From Candidatus Rokuibacteriota bacterium (GTDB taxonomy: Bacteria; JAUVQV01; DATDCY01), in NCBI GenBank assembly GCA_031406795.1, contig JANOHV010000188.1, forward strand, positions 1 to 46,149: a DNA stretch of 46,149 bases, in the 5' to 3' direction. The translations under genes were made by a program, and so were the position numbers. The notes under the pieces are model-generated. The model was given only the letters and a program-made list of their open reading frames with translations. It ran no database searches and was not told where the DNA came from. The number at the start of each line of letters is the position of its first letter. Position 1 is the stretch's first letter. Below are positions 11,301-17,870 of the stretch, piece after piece.

Positions 11301-11415
11301 GCACGTCTCCCAGGAGGACCGCAGCGAAGACGAGCGCCAGCACCCCGGTGAGCGTCGGGAGGGGACTGCGGTAGCGGTTCCCGCCACCTGTCTGCTGCGG
11401 TCGTCTTTGCGTCAT
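1..11415 (-). CDS. Giant secreted multiheme cytochrome c (CxxxxCH/CxxCH repeat type), 3'-partial, at least 3805 aa, about 89 heme motifs
   Basis: Manual translation of the minus frame from ATG at 11415 (GAGGAGG RBS at 11422-11428) found no stop down to position 1. N-terminus MTQRRPQQ...LTGVLALVFAAVLLGDVRPAAA is signal-peptide-like. About 70 CxxCH, 13 CxxxxCH, 5 CxxxCH and 1 Cx8CH motifs, from CYSCH (~11240) to CGNCH (28-42). Absent from the ORF track, probably because it has no stop in the window. Confidence 0.93.
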   Translation of the reverse strand, partial: MTQRRPQQTGGGNRYRSPLPTLTGVLALVFAAVLLGDVRPAAALHFFAAEPGGSGCYSCHTLDTDEGETGTSYINKASRTMSAMKSAFNPATPAPPPQFGCTYCHNNTGNSKMRGVLSHFTGKTSMHPVGRDFAANANTAGEYLSTWGSASPNELDCVDCHDVTVGPGPGYPEHGIPPVANPFMLRSVTVAGEYDNLCRVCHGNAASPVNGINDSDHNVQLTATSPHSDGVTGGGGSGAIAESDGTLLKPAFAGGNNQCRVCHDTHYSGNQRLFNDGHEGDTGFDVTTDCTSVCHYNGDAADNFERHGHGMNTSSKGNALNFNCTNCHTVNARHDSPYVAPDTRFTTGKMFAATPDPLFSSLTPTKSLTSICYTCHGTMKAHQGTVGCLDCHDEHAEGSGTTSNIYMIPQQLPNRTASEPGGREATVFEHAAGADFDYYINDGTAPHIVAGGICDNGICHAGLTAGTPPVPLSPLSGLMAGNHHTGGNIPTALVDCGTCHKHNDTSGSWGAAGICTSCHGQPPNSLATQNADYIDHFESMTPHARHANSTALGGYGFSCKMCHSQTNDGATHGTTPPTYESIWFDKTFNVNATLFPGGAVPQATPDYNVATNECSNLYCHSNGSSVNAVNLAGSAIWMTGLTTPNYASINLPCTSCHNNGAGQSYPADAAGNHARHVAKNVGCQNCHATTTANGTSILVGNGQHVDREKDVVGGGTYPVVNPQAVSFTWDADGPDNTPGNGDDKTCSALSCHSGRQFAAATITWSVATTSCTHCHNNGTNNGALTNAWPSQGEHQVHAGAQPTYYAYNCSRCHPDNSVTHEAMDKSSNVTFAGNFLAGGTFDRVGPTGGTGDDNTCDATYCHGTGSLDVPDWDDGILRVKATGAASANPVGCDMCHGTAGDGTGRPNSPASGGRHTGTTHNTLSCVTCHLNTGADRSLHAQMPAQASPRADAAMLALIDTAPYTRVGTAGTDQGFSYIGGSCGNMTIASGCHPAAVWGQPYGCALCHGDRETTNLGQIWPDGTNSAGHYYDSDKGSHPEHIAALRAKEGFTLSQADQIEMCAYCHPAPGSANHRTDTGGSLLNRVDVINDGIAANVGTFGRIDNLLDGAASLDTHTLGTYNNATLACANADCHYEKPTPAYGPAAGTLGWEGGDTNVPNCETCHYTRGLVGATTYPTVGRTYVVGTAPTFVNGDLPDSHLAHVAGIASPNVNASKTYACSYCHTVLNNTAHLNGTIDLSPLGNPTINKDLDPADEVITPTTSNLKYGVAANTTCTNMYCHGADFSGAANGTGGTRGTDITPVWNDHTTGTCGTCHDIDTEAGNVFGQQLTQGAHGTHMAGKSLIAWGPGLNSHSSRCQVCHGWKDDGTVGTPAGCTTNCHALNPGTPMPGGAYDAGYVWEPSRNHVNGTIETDFQVDFENQNRGWSDAMSDLYTSPTSSGTVAPLATTDICSRCHSTANVGGQVGATVAKANWGAATRITSCLLCHNTASPAVSRAATGGVAAPSKDTYYTANGHGNAGSFGTATLHGASGPGFACATCHTENSAHVSGALGQDRLENANTDLLAYTTAKSEFCLDCHGPSSPGLLGVNAVAQASVHSGGVTGRYAPSAVAGNAFGNGADYAANPGYQCDACHDPHGTGKIAMIRATLDGNLGGVSNPVAVTNFASGGLDLTQLDPAPGTGAGQTGVCDACHLAGANPPHPDTTHSGNHNQGGTGDSCMVCHDHTRSFVGSCTRCHGNSVAGNSWPDGTLEHGTAYPNRPGDHQQHIDAIYAVNAATLTGLTPTEKKNQTCTWCHPNAGVGGHEINTVGSLANTADVHGDPQNGGTSFRSIANVANSVATDTYDNAAGVGGKDCSNVDCHYRATTPTAPGAPPDGDGWYHPGAVATCANCHQGDATYNSGGPGALFNAHLIHVDERVDSGYDFPCTYCHPSHGVNMSHQNGSVELSFLTALGEPGGVAATQSGSDLAVKFGLGAGYATCNNFYCHGADLTGAAGSDLTPTWNVTATADCGTCHDTGNADTTPTVIATGKHTTHLTAAFGPQYGSDNVTACVACHPAYFTATHVNNQKDFLNVDTTPNATSVLGATAPTLDPAASSTDRCSHCHSTASVTANIAGPATVTGVGTVLAKQNWNTAGYSLPCVSCHNGTDPGAYGAADATHSGRMAPDMLGSDVAGGYGAEVRGHNRSLADGSYTDANGTTTNPPAARLCNACHDTAATHFNGVEDTTYAGQRLLATINGVVTGATVTGACNACHTPGGTTPATSRVSTHGNTNAAFKATAQHDAAGAQDFAYRCEACHEPHGMTNGAGYANIFMVKAAVGVGTSFTSTPGGAGAQTTPVRFLRLTGTDSFNDTTATPADDVCVSCHANANRPGAASALTNTDGNHSEWAAGFNGNEQGKNCISCHTHDYDSNAAGTVDGFMPQPCDACHSYPGLAGPSDHPLSGVHAMHVNATTGYAYACTTCHLNYNHNQSGYLKGGTWNDTSVPVANINVRFDPARNPGTNLTYAGGDADAGTGASATHNGVCANLYCHGDNTSSQTDWTGTGSPSWGTADPLRLACSGCHGDVPTTGAHPLHVVNNGATDRTDCNLCHTNVQLIDAASPIVSSHADGTTAVLGAMGYAGATGPLFSDGYCTGACHASAAAPGDGSWTDTALNCDACHYYNTVGNPSAATNSVGTTYRPISESSHDGHFAATGRTWSCNDCHPNNALDTSPLAHVTPGAGTDAAIVQGRAIPSQDNAAIDTTVVALWWNAPADWVDAANTCANKCHNPSAAAKLSTAWGTASTGCEFCHNTAAAPATGSHVAHIGATATYGLTIACTSCHQNNVGNDGHMSGAVNLANMTALTYSGTLTIPYGAPFGTCTTTSCHQDGNGTAVASSSWGTPIAEPSCAVCHLQTPTSGNHTDHLSAAYGPNFNTNCGACHVANANNTSMNLRPKHIDGSVQFANVLTGTSVDAVLGLTAPAGAPDGTSTDRCNHCHSTTSVTANVTGPGTVTGVGTVLAKSNWDTAAYELPCLSCHNGADAATQNADGTGIGAPDELGNDSSYGAEIRGHNRSLASGNYTDAAAVVTNPPAAKLCDACHDKTTAHINGVNDTTYAGQRLLATINGVAAISTVTGACNACHATGSGTPASSQVSTHGNQNGAFVAPLRDANAEAFAYNCNACHNVHGMTNGASWANIYMIKASVGVGSSFTSLPGGADATTIANIRFERVSGVDSLDDGLTTADNLCLTCHTNASRPGSGTALRTVGGDHTGNAGGYQGVDTGKNCAACHVHNYDNNAAGTADGFMPQSCDSCHSYPGLAGPSDHTLSGVHTMHVNATTGYAYACTVCHFGYNHNQSNYFNGGTWNDTNVPIANINVRFDPARNPGTNLTYAGGDADAGTGASATHNGVCANLYCHGDNTTSQTDWTGTGSPTWGIADPARLTCTGCHADVPATGAHTLHVTNNQATDRTDCNLCHTSVQLIDAASPIVAAHADGTTNVLLTWAGSAPPLNVDGYCSANTCHSSAAADGRWNDPVLNCDACHYFNLAGNPTSAGNSTGTTFRQISKTAAHDGHFDATGRIWSCTDCHADNTTDTAGAASSTIGLSHLTPGVGTDAQVLTPKAVPVQDTALVPGTVGGTWFASTIAPDWTDATNVCANRCHNPSAGAYVSPAWGTASASCTLCHAAASPGPATGSHATHMNAATLFGITTIACTSCHPDWATGSNYGHMSGSVNLVNMTALTYSGTVAIPYGAPFGTCTTTSCHANGKGTAVVSPGWGVVSADCTICHAAPPSTGLDGARHTKHDASLWVPNDCGNCHAAQSNKTSM

Positions 11416-11443
11416 ACTCATCCTCCTCAGTGCAAAAATACCT

Positions 11444-11463
11444 GACGCGTCCCGGGACGCGTC
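11444..11463. terminator. Perfect 20-bp palindrome (hairpin) between the two giant cytochrome genes; possible attenuator or mRNA-stability element
   Basis: GACGCGTCCCGGGACGCGTC is self-complementary. On the minus strand it is followed by AGGTATTTTT and then the RBS of the giant gene. Confidence 0.45.
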
Positions 11464-11492
11464 TGACTCGTCCTTCCCATGCCGCCCCATGC

Positions 11493-14400
11493 TCAGATGT
11501 GGCAGACCAGACACAGCGTGCTCTGCTCCTGGAACTTGTCCCGCATCATCCTGTTGGTATTCTTCCCGGACTCGGTGACCGCCGTCCCGTGCGGATTGTG
11601 GCAGGAGATGCACGGGGTGAAATCGTCCGGCGCAGTGCTGCCGAGTGTGGAGATGTCGCTGTCAACCGGGTATGCGATGCTCTCGCCGTCGGCGACGGTC
11701 GCCTTGTCGCCGAAGCGCACCGCGTTGAGCACGTTGTTGAGGTTGTTCGCGGCCACACCCTCGGCCTTTGCGTGTCGCATGTTGCTCACGCCGGCGGGCT
11801 GGTGGCACCGCATGTAGCAGGCGAGGTCGAAACCGACCTGAACGTCCCAGGCGTTGCTCCCCGCCACAATGAAGGGGTAGGTGCCGTCGGTCAACAGGTG
11901 GTAGTTGTTCACGTGCCGGACCGCGTTGCCCCGTCCCGTGACGCCGTCGATAACCCCGTTGAGGTGATGGCTCAGGAGGGAGTGGCAATCGGTACAAGCC
12001 TTGTCCGGGGTGAGCGCGGTCGTTGGAGCGTTCGGCGCTGAACCGTTTGAGCCGTGACCGTTGACGTTGTACCCCCACGCGCCGTCGTCGTAGGGCTTGG
12101 GTGTGGTGCCGACGCCGTTGAAGTTCGTCCCCGGGCCCATGACGTTCGGTCCCGGGCCGTCAAAGTCGTGGCAATTCTCGCAGTCGCCGGCACCGAAGTC
12201 GCCGTAGTTGACCGGCCAGCCGCTGTTGGTGTTGAGAACCAAGGTCGCGGCGTGACAGGCCTTTGCGCAGCCGCCCGCATTGGTGCCGACGTTGATGTAC
12301 CCGGCTCCGGTGGTCGGCTCCGGGCCGTTCATCGTGATCGAGCCGTCCCCGTGAGCGGGCGCGGTGCCGTTCCAGCCACGATCGTAGTTGGCGTGCCCCC
12401 AGCCGTGGCAGGTCTGGCAGACGCTGTGCCGGTCCATCTTGTCGCCGGTGTTCCCGCCGTACGGGTCGGTGTGGTCCGTCGTCGTGGCGTCGGCCTCGAC
12501 GAGATTCCACGTGGCGAGCGTTCCGGTGCCGTCACCATGACAGTTGTCGCAGACATCTGCGCCCGGATTGTCCGTGGCGACGGGCTTGGCGTCCATCGCG
12601 CCAACCCACCTGCGCTTCCAGGGGCTGGGAGTGACCGGGACCGAGTCGACGACCGGGTAGTCGGTGTGGCAGGTCGCCTGACAGAAGGTCCGAGGCGGGA
12701 CCAAAACGTATCCGGTATTGTCATACGAGATCGGCCGATTGAGGTCGGTCGTGTTCCAGTTGTACGTGGTCCCTGGCACGGTCGAGTTTTGGGTGGTGCC
12801 GTCCAGGTGCGTGGTCGACGGGGCGGTGGCCAAGTGGCAACTCGGACAGAAGTCGTGCCTCAGCGCGGTGGTTGCGGCGTGCAGGCCCGAGGCCGGCGCG
12901 GGGCCGATATGCGTGGCGCTGTGGCAATCGGTGCAGGCCAGCGGGTCGGCGTCGACCCAGTCGCCATCGGTGGCAACCGTGACCAGGTGGCAGGAGTTCG
13001 AGCAGCTCCCGTCGGCGGGGTTATACGCGTAGACGGTGGCGTTGCCGCCCATGTCCACGCTGCCGTTGACGTGCGTCGCCGTGTGTCCGGTCATGTCGGT
13101 CTTGTTGTTGTTGGCGGTATGGCAGGAGCCGCACTTGAGCGGGACCAGGACGCCGTTGGCGTCGTGCGCCAGGTGCCGGCCATCCGGAGGCGGAGCGGCG
13201 TGGCAGGTGGTGCAGGCGAGCGGAGTGGCGGCGAGGTTCCAGACCGGGGACTTGACGTTCGGCGTGTTGCCGCTCCCGCCCCAGTCCGGCGTGTAGGTTG
13301 CGTTGTTGTCGCCGCCGTGACAGTAGACGCGGTAGCAGGACCGGGCGTACGTCGCATCGGCCGCCGCAGCGCCGCCGGTCTTGTAGGTGAAGCCCGTGTC
13401 GGTAGGCGCCGGGTCTGCCGTTGTATTGTTGTTCTTGTCGTAGTACCCGTTGCTCCCGTGCGCGGCCTCGAGCGACCCCGCGTTGTCCCACTTCATGTCG
13501 ACCTCGCCGTTGCCGTGAGCCAGCGGTATCGGGTTGGTCCCGCTCACGGTGTAGTTGTCCGCGTGACACTCGGTGCACGCGAAGCGTATCGGCGCGCCGT
13601 CCACATGCGTGTCGTGCGCGATCGTGTACGTCGTCACGGCATGGCAGGCGAGGTTCGAGCAGGTTGTGTTGGGAAGGGTTGACTCAACCCAGACTGGCGG
13701 GGTATTCCAGAAGGGCGTCGTGGTCTGGTTGTGGCAGACCAGGTTGCCGCACGTTCCCTGGTTCACGGCGCCGGGGACGTATGCTGCACCGGTGGTGTCC
13801 TCGACCGGCGCGACCGGCGGCAGCGGCTCGGCCCCGACCGAGAACCGGCCGAAGTAGTTGCCGGGGCCCGAGGCGGTGTAGAGATCGACCCGCGAGTCGC
13901 CGCTGTTGGTACTGTGGCCCCCGCCACCGGGATTCGGGTGACAGTACCGGCAGATCTGCCTCTGCTTCGTAGAGGAGTTGGCGTCGAGGAGCAGCTGGGC
14001 AGCCGTCTGGCCGAAGACCCTCCGACTGATGGCCTCGACGTGGTTCTGGTGGGCGCCCGCGTTGTCGTCGGCGTATAATGGAGTGCCTCCCGCACCGTCC
14101 GGCCAGTACTGGTTTGTCGGCGGAGGTACCCCGTGACAACCGCTGCACCCCGAGGGCATGAAGGCGTCGCTCGTGGTCGTAATGTTGTCGTAGTCGTGGT
14201 CGTGACACGTCATGCAGTCCTGCCCGCGCAATTCGCCGATCCCCGCCGTTGAGCCCGAGTGGTTGCCGCCCCCCGTCCCCGCGCCGCCGCCGGTGGCCGG
14301 TACGTGGCAGGCTGCGCAGATGTCGTCATTGTCCGCAGCTCCGGTCTGGTCGTAGACGCCGTCGTTTTCGTCGAAGGAGTCCGGGCCCGTGGTCGCCGTG

Positions 14401-16541
14401 AAGACCACGGCATCGTCGGCGGTGGTGATTGCGGCGAGGGTCAGGTTGCCGGGGGTGGGGCTGGAGTCGACATAGGCCCTCTCCGTTGCGTCGGGGTTGC
14501 CGTCGCTGTCGACGTCGATCCACTTGCCAATCATGTAGAGGTTGCGCCCGGCACCGTTGAAGTTGGCCCCGTGCACGTTGTGGCACTGGCGGCAGGCGCG
14601 CGTGAACGAACCTTCCAGCGGAACGTAGCCACCGGCGGTATTGCTGTGGTGCGATTGGTCGAGGCCGTCCGCCACGGTGTCGACCCCGTTCTGGTGGCAG
14701 GCGTTGCAGGCCTGGTCGGGACCGGTGGGGTAGGTTGTCGAGGTGCCGATGCCCCCGCCGTTGATGGTGCTCTCCAGGCGCTTCGCGTCGCGAGGGTCGG
14801 TCGGCGCACTGTGGATCGACGGGAAGTGCATGCGCTCCGCGACGCCGGCGACGTATCTCGTGTTGTGGCAGACGATGCAATCCTTGGCGGCGCCGGCAGC
14901 ATTGTCGGGCGCGCCGGCGGTGCCGGGGGTCCCTACGGCGCCCCGGTCGTACACCGCTTTCACCGCACCAGGGAGGCCGACGCCGTGGCCGTTGACCTCG
15001 GCGCCGAAGCCGACCGCTGTCGACAAGCCGTTGCCCATCGCGTTGGGGGCGTACACGGTGCCGGCGACCGTCAAATCGGGGTCGATCTCGGAGGGCGTCG
15101 CGTCGTGGCACCACTTGCAGATCCTGATGTCGGCCGCGGCCGGGTTGTCGTAGGGGGTGTCGCCGTCGACCATGTCGGCTGTCCAGGTCAGGTCGCCGGC
15201 GTTGTCCGGTGGATCTCCGTGGCAGGCGAAATTCGCGCAGCGCTGGTCGCCGCCGCCCTTGGCCTTGAACTCGTATCCCGCCGGGAGCGTCTCGGAGCTG
15301 GCGGCTCCGGTGTACCTGGGGGCGCTTGCGCCGCTCCGTGTGTTGGTCGGGTCCCAGTAGGCGCCATCGCCCATGACGTCGACGTTCTGCCCTGGGTTGG
15401 TGCCCGGGAAGGTCCCGGCACCCTGGTTGTGCCAGGCCGCCGACCCCGCGTCGGGGCCGTGGCAGATTTCGCACTGGAAGATCGCGTCGCCGAGGGCGTC
15501 CTTGTGCCGCTGGTGGGCTCCAGCGCCGCCAGTGTAGTTCTCGACATCGGGACGCAGGACCCTGTCGAAAGAATTACCGCTGGCCTGGGCGATCGTCCGC
15601 AGCGGCGGGAACCCGTGACAATCCTCGCACGAGACGCTGATGCCGTTGTGCCGGTGGCATTGTGTGCAGGCGGTGGTCTTGGTGGAGAGGTGAGCTGAAA
15701 TCCTCGTGGTCGGCTTCGCGATGGTGGCGCTCCCGTAGGATGGCTTGACGGCGCTGAATGTCACCGCCTTATATGTCGTCTGCTCGGACGTCCCATGACA
15801 GGCGATGCAGAATTTTCTCGACTCGGCATCGTTCCGATCGTCGCTGGGGTCGGTATAGGCCATTCGCGTGCTGGCCCTCGTACCCGCGGGCACTTGCGGC
15901 GTCCCGGGCAAGTCTTCACGGATAAAGGCCTGGTACTTGGTGCGATGAGGATCGTGGCAGTCGGAGCAGGGGAGCTTGTCCCCTTGCGCGATCGACCCTG
16001 CCCCGGGGTTATTCTTGACATAGTGGCCGCTCTCGTAGGTCGAGGTGCCGCGCACCGTGCCCGAAGGAATGTTTTCGTAGTAGCCGGGTTTATCGTCGTT
16101 GTTCAACCCGTCACGGGGGTTGGTGGTCTCCATGTCGTCATCGAAGGCGACATCCTGAGGCGGTCGGGAGGTGTTGGGAAAGGTGTTGTCGGGAGGGTCG
16201 TTGTCTACTGTCGAATGGTTGTCGTGACAGTCGAAGCAGGCGATCGTGAATCCCCGCGCGTAGTTCGGATTCGACGTTTGGTCAAAAATGTCGTCTTCTT
16301 GTCCCAACCCCTTGAGTCCACGGGACCAGAGGACGTAGTCACTTTCCGCGGCGTGCGAAACATGGCAAGCGCCACAGGTGCCGCCCTTCGCCACGGTGCC
16401 GCCGCCCGAGAAGTCGTGCTTCGAGCCGGACACCGCGGTATCCGCCGCCATCGCGGCGCCTAGCCTCAGAAACACAAATACGGCGAGGCACAACGCGAGT
16501 GGCGCCCCCCGCCGAACAAAGTAAAACGGGGTTTTCATCAT
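11493..16541 (-). CDS. Large secreted multiheme cytochrome c, 34 heme motifs (CxxCH/CxxxCH/CxxxxCH)
   Basis: ORF track 1692 aa. Likely start MMKTPF at 16541 or 16538 after GGAGA; signal peptide ending ...LGAAMAA. 34 motifs counted from CGACH to terminal CLVCHI. OmcE-like N-terminus (GSKHDFS...CGACHVSH...LW...CFDCHD). Confidence 0.95.
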   Translation of the reverse strand: MMKTPFYFVRRGAPLALCLAVFVFLRLGAAMAADTAVSGSKHDFSGGGTVAKGGTCGACHVSHAAESDYVLWSRGLKGLGQEDDIFDQTSNPNYARGFTIACFDCHDNHSTVDNDPPDNTFPNTSRPPQDVAFDDDMETTNPRDGLNNDDKPGYYENIPSGTVRGTSTYESGHYVKNNPGAGSIAQGDKLPCSDCHDPHRTKYQAFIREDLPGTPQVPAGTRASTRMAYTDPSDDRNDAESRKFCIACHGTSEQTTYKAVTFSAVKPSYGSATIAKPTTRISAHLSTKTTACTQCHRHNGISVSCEDCHGFPPLRTIAQASGNSFDRVLRPDVENYTGGAGAHQRHKDALGDAIFQCEICHGPDAGSAAWHNQGAGTFPGTNPGQNVDVMGDGAYWDPTNTRSGASAPRYTGAASSETLPAGYEFKAKGGGDQRCANFACHGDPPDNAGDLTWTADMVDGDTPYDNPAAADIRICKWCHDATPSEIDPDLTVAGTVYAPNAMGNGLSTAVGFGAEVNGHGVGLPGAVKAVYDRGAVGTPGTAGAPDNAAGAAKDCIVCHNTRYVAGVAERMHFPSIHSAPTDPRDAKRLESTINGGGIGTSTTYPTGPDQACNACHQNGVDTVADGLDQSHHSNTAGGYVPLEGSFTRACRQCHNVHGANFNGAGRNLYMIGKWIDVDSDGNPDATERAYVDSSPTPGNLTLAAITTADDAVVFTATTGPDSFDENDGVYDQTGAADNDDICAACHVPATGGGAGTGGGNHSGSTAGIGELRGQDCMTCHDHDYDNITTTSDAFMPSGCSGCHGVPPPTNQYWPDGAGGTPLYADDNAGAHQNHVEAISRRVFGQTAAQLLLDANSSTKQRQICRYCHPNPGGGGHSTNSGDSRVDLYTASGPGNYFGRFSVGAEPLPPVAPVEDTTGAAYVPGAVNQGTCGNLVCHNQTTTPFWNTPPVWVESTLPNTTCSNLACHAVTTYTIAHDTHVDGAPIRFACTECHADNYTVSGTNPIPLAHGNGEVDMKWDNAGSLEAAHGSNGYYDKNNNTTADPAPTDTGFTYKTGGAAAADATYARSCYRVYCHGGDNNATYTPDWGGSGNTPNVKSPVWNLAATPLACTTCHAAPPPDGRHLAHDANGVLVPLKCGSCHTANNNKTDMTGHTATHVNGSVDMGGNATVYAYNPADGSCSNSCHLVTVATDGDWVDADPLACTDCHSATHIGPAPASGLHAATTALRHDFCPSCHLATAPSTTHLDGTTQNSTVPGTTYNWNTTDLNRPISYDNTGYVLVPPRTFCQATCHTDYPVVDSVPVTPSPWKRRWVGAMDAKPVATDNPGADVCDNCHGDGTGTLATWNLVEADATTTDHTDPYGGNTGDKMDRHSVCQTCHGWGHANYDRGWNGTAPAHGDGSITMNGPEPTTGAGYINVGTNAGGCAKACHAATLVLNTNSGWPVNYGDFGAGDCENCHDFDGPGPNVMGPGTNFNGVGTTPKPYDDGAWGYNVNGHGSNGSAPNAPTTALTPDKACTDCHSLLSHHLNGVIDGVTGRGNAVRHVNNYHLLTDGTYPFIVAGSNAWDVQVGFDLACYMRCHQPAGVSNMRHAKAEGVAANNLNNVLNAVRFGDKATVADGESIAYPVDSDISTLGSTAPDDFTPCISCHNPHGTAVTESGKNTNRMMRDKFQEQSTLCLVCHI

Positions 16542-16590
16542 CCGATCTCCCCTATGGGCATGGACTTGCAATCATAAAGAATCACGCCAC

Positions 16591-17184
16591 CTAAGGGAAT
16601 AGCATTCTGCGGGTCGATCCCATGCTCTCCCCTGACTGGAACGCACCGACGAGGATGGCACGTGCCTGTTCGGGTGTCCGTCCCGCTTCGAGAGCCGCCG
16701 CCAGGTCGGGGAGCAACTCGTCCCGGTCGTCAACAGGAAAACCTTGTATAACCAGCGAGTTGAGAATGGATTTCGCCTTGTTGAACATCAGAGCCCGACG
16801 CTCGGCCACCTGGACGACGCGGTCCGCCGGAATCCGCTTCGAAACCCCCTCCTCGACCTTGGCGATGAACCCCTCGACCGGGAGCTTCTCCAACGCCATC
16901 TGCGCGACGATCGAGAGCACCCGCAGGGTCTGCGCCGCGTCGAACTCCCCTTCCACGCCGGCCTGGACGAGCGCCAGGGCATCGCGCTCCTCTACCCCCG
17001 CCTGTCGCGCGGTCGCAAAGGCCCGCTGCAGCCGGGCGCCCTCCTCGGCGCTGAACATCCCCTTCACGACGATCCGCTCCAGGGAACGGTTGGTGGTCTC
17101 GCCCGCCGCCGGGGAGCAGAGCACCCCGGCAAGCAGGGCAGTGGCGACAAGAGCCGTGCACAATCCTCGGAGTCTCGCTGTCAT
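16591..17184 (-). CDS. Exported hypothetical protein, third gene of the ECF module
   Basis: 197-aa ORF with signal-peptide-like N-terminus and GGAGA RBS; helical composition; lies 12 bp downstream of the anti-sigma gene. Confidence 0.75.
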   Translation of the reverse strand: MTARLRGLCTALVATALLAGVLCSPAAGETTNRSLERIVVKGMFSAEEGARLQRAFATARQAGVEERDALALVQAGVEGEFDAAQTLRVLSIVAQMALEKLPVEGFIAKVEEGVSKRIPADRVVQVAERRALMFNKAKSILNSLVIQGFPVDDRDELLPDLAAALEAGRTPEQARAILVGAFQSGESMGSTRRMLFP

Positions 17185-17196
17185 CTGATGATTCTC

Positions 17197-17808
17197 CTAT
17201 CCGTCGACGATGATGACCGAGTTCTCGCCCCCGAACCCGTCGGCGAGCAGGGTCTTCGCCGTCGGGTCGCTGACCCAGTTGCTGCCGTCGAGCACGAAAC
17301 TGTACTGGTAGACGCCGGGCGCGAGCTTGAGGCGCGCCCGCCAGAGCCCCTCGTGGCTGGAACGAACCAACTGCGTGCGCTGCGGGTCCCAGCCGTTGAA
17401 ATCGCCGACGATCGTCACCGAGGCCGCCTGCGGCGCCGTGAAGACGACCTCGACATCGCGCGCTGCGAACCGGTCCTGCAGCTGGAGCCTGCCCCTGGCG
17501 AGGAATCCGGCCACGATCAGCAGGACCGCGAGAGCCGGGATGCCCCCCCAGGAGAGCGCCCGGCGCAGCGGCGACGGACCGTACGCCTGCGCCGGGAGCG
17601 CGGCGAGGATGGAGTGCGAGAGCCCCGCCGGAACTTCGACATCGTCGAGACCGTCGAGGCGACTGTCCAGCCTCGTCAGCCCGGCGACGAGCGTCCGACA
17701 CTCGCCACAGCCCCGGACGTGGGCCTCGAGAATCTCGCGCTGACTGGGCAACAGGTACCCGCTGAGGTAGTCCTGAAGCATCAGCTCCACATCTTCGCAA
17801 AACAGCAT
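17197..17808 (-). CDS. Zinc-binding anti-sigma factor (zf-HC2/ZAS) with TM helix and C-terminal CBM48/AMPK-beta-like (isoamylase early set) domain
   Basis: HVRGCGEC (HxxxCxxC), hydrophobic segment IPALAVLLIVAGFLA, then VTIVGDFNGW...GVYQYSFVLDG.NWVSDP...DGFGGENSVI, typical of glycogen-binding early-set domains. AGGAG RBS. Confidence 0.88.
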   Translation of the reverse strand: MLFCEDVELMLQDYLSGYLLPSQREILEAHVRGCGECRTLVAGLTRLDSRLDGLDDVEVPAGLSHSILAALPAQAYGPSPLRRALSWGGIPALAVLLIVAGFLARGRLQLQDRFAARDVEVVFTAPQAASVTIVGDFNGWDPQRTQLVRSSHEGLWRARLKLAPGVYQYSFVLDGSNWVSDPTAKTLLADGFGGENSVIIVDG

Positions 17809-17870
17809 CTCGCAAACTCCTAAGTTTTCAATAACGTTTGCCCCGTACTACCTGACGGACGCCGAAATGG

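Noticed and set aside
16568-16590. Possible sigma54 promoter TGGCGTGATTCTTTA before the 34-heme gene
   Set aside because: The -12 GC is replaced by TA. A TATGAT -10 is present but with a poor -35, so no promoter is called.
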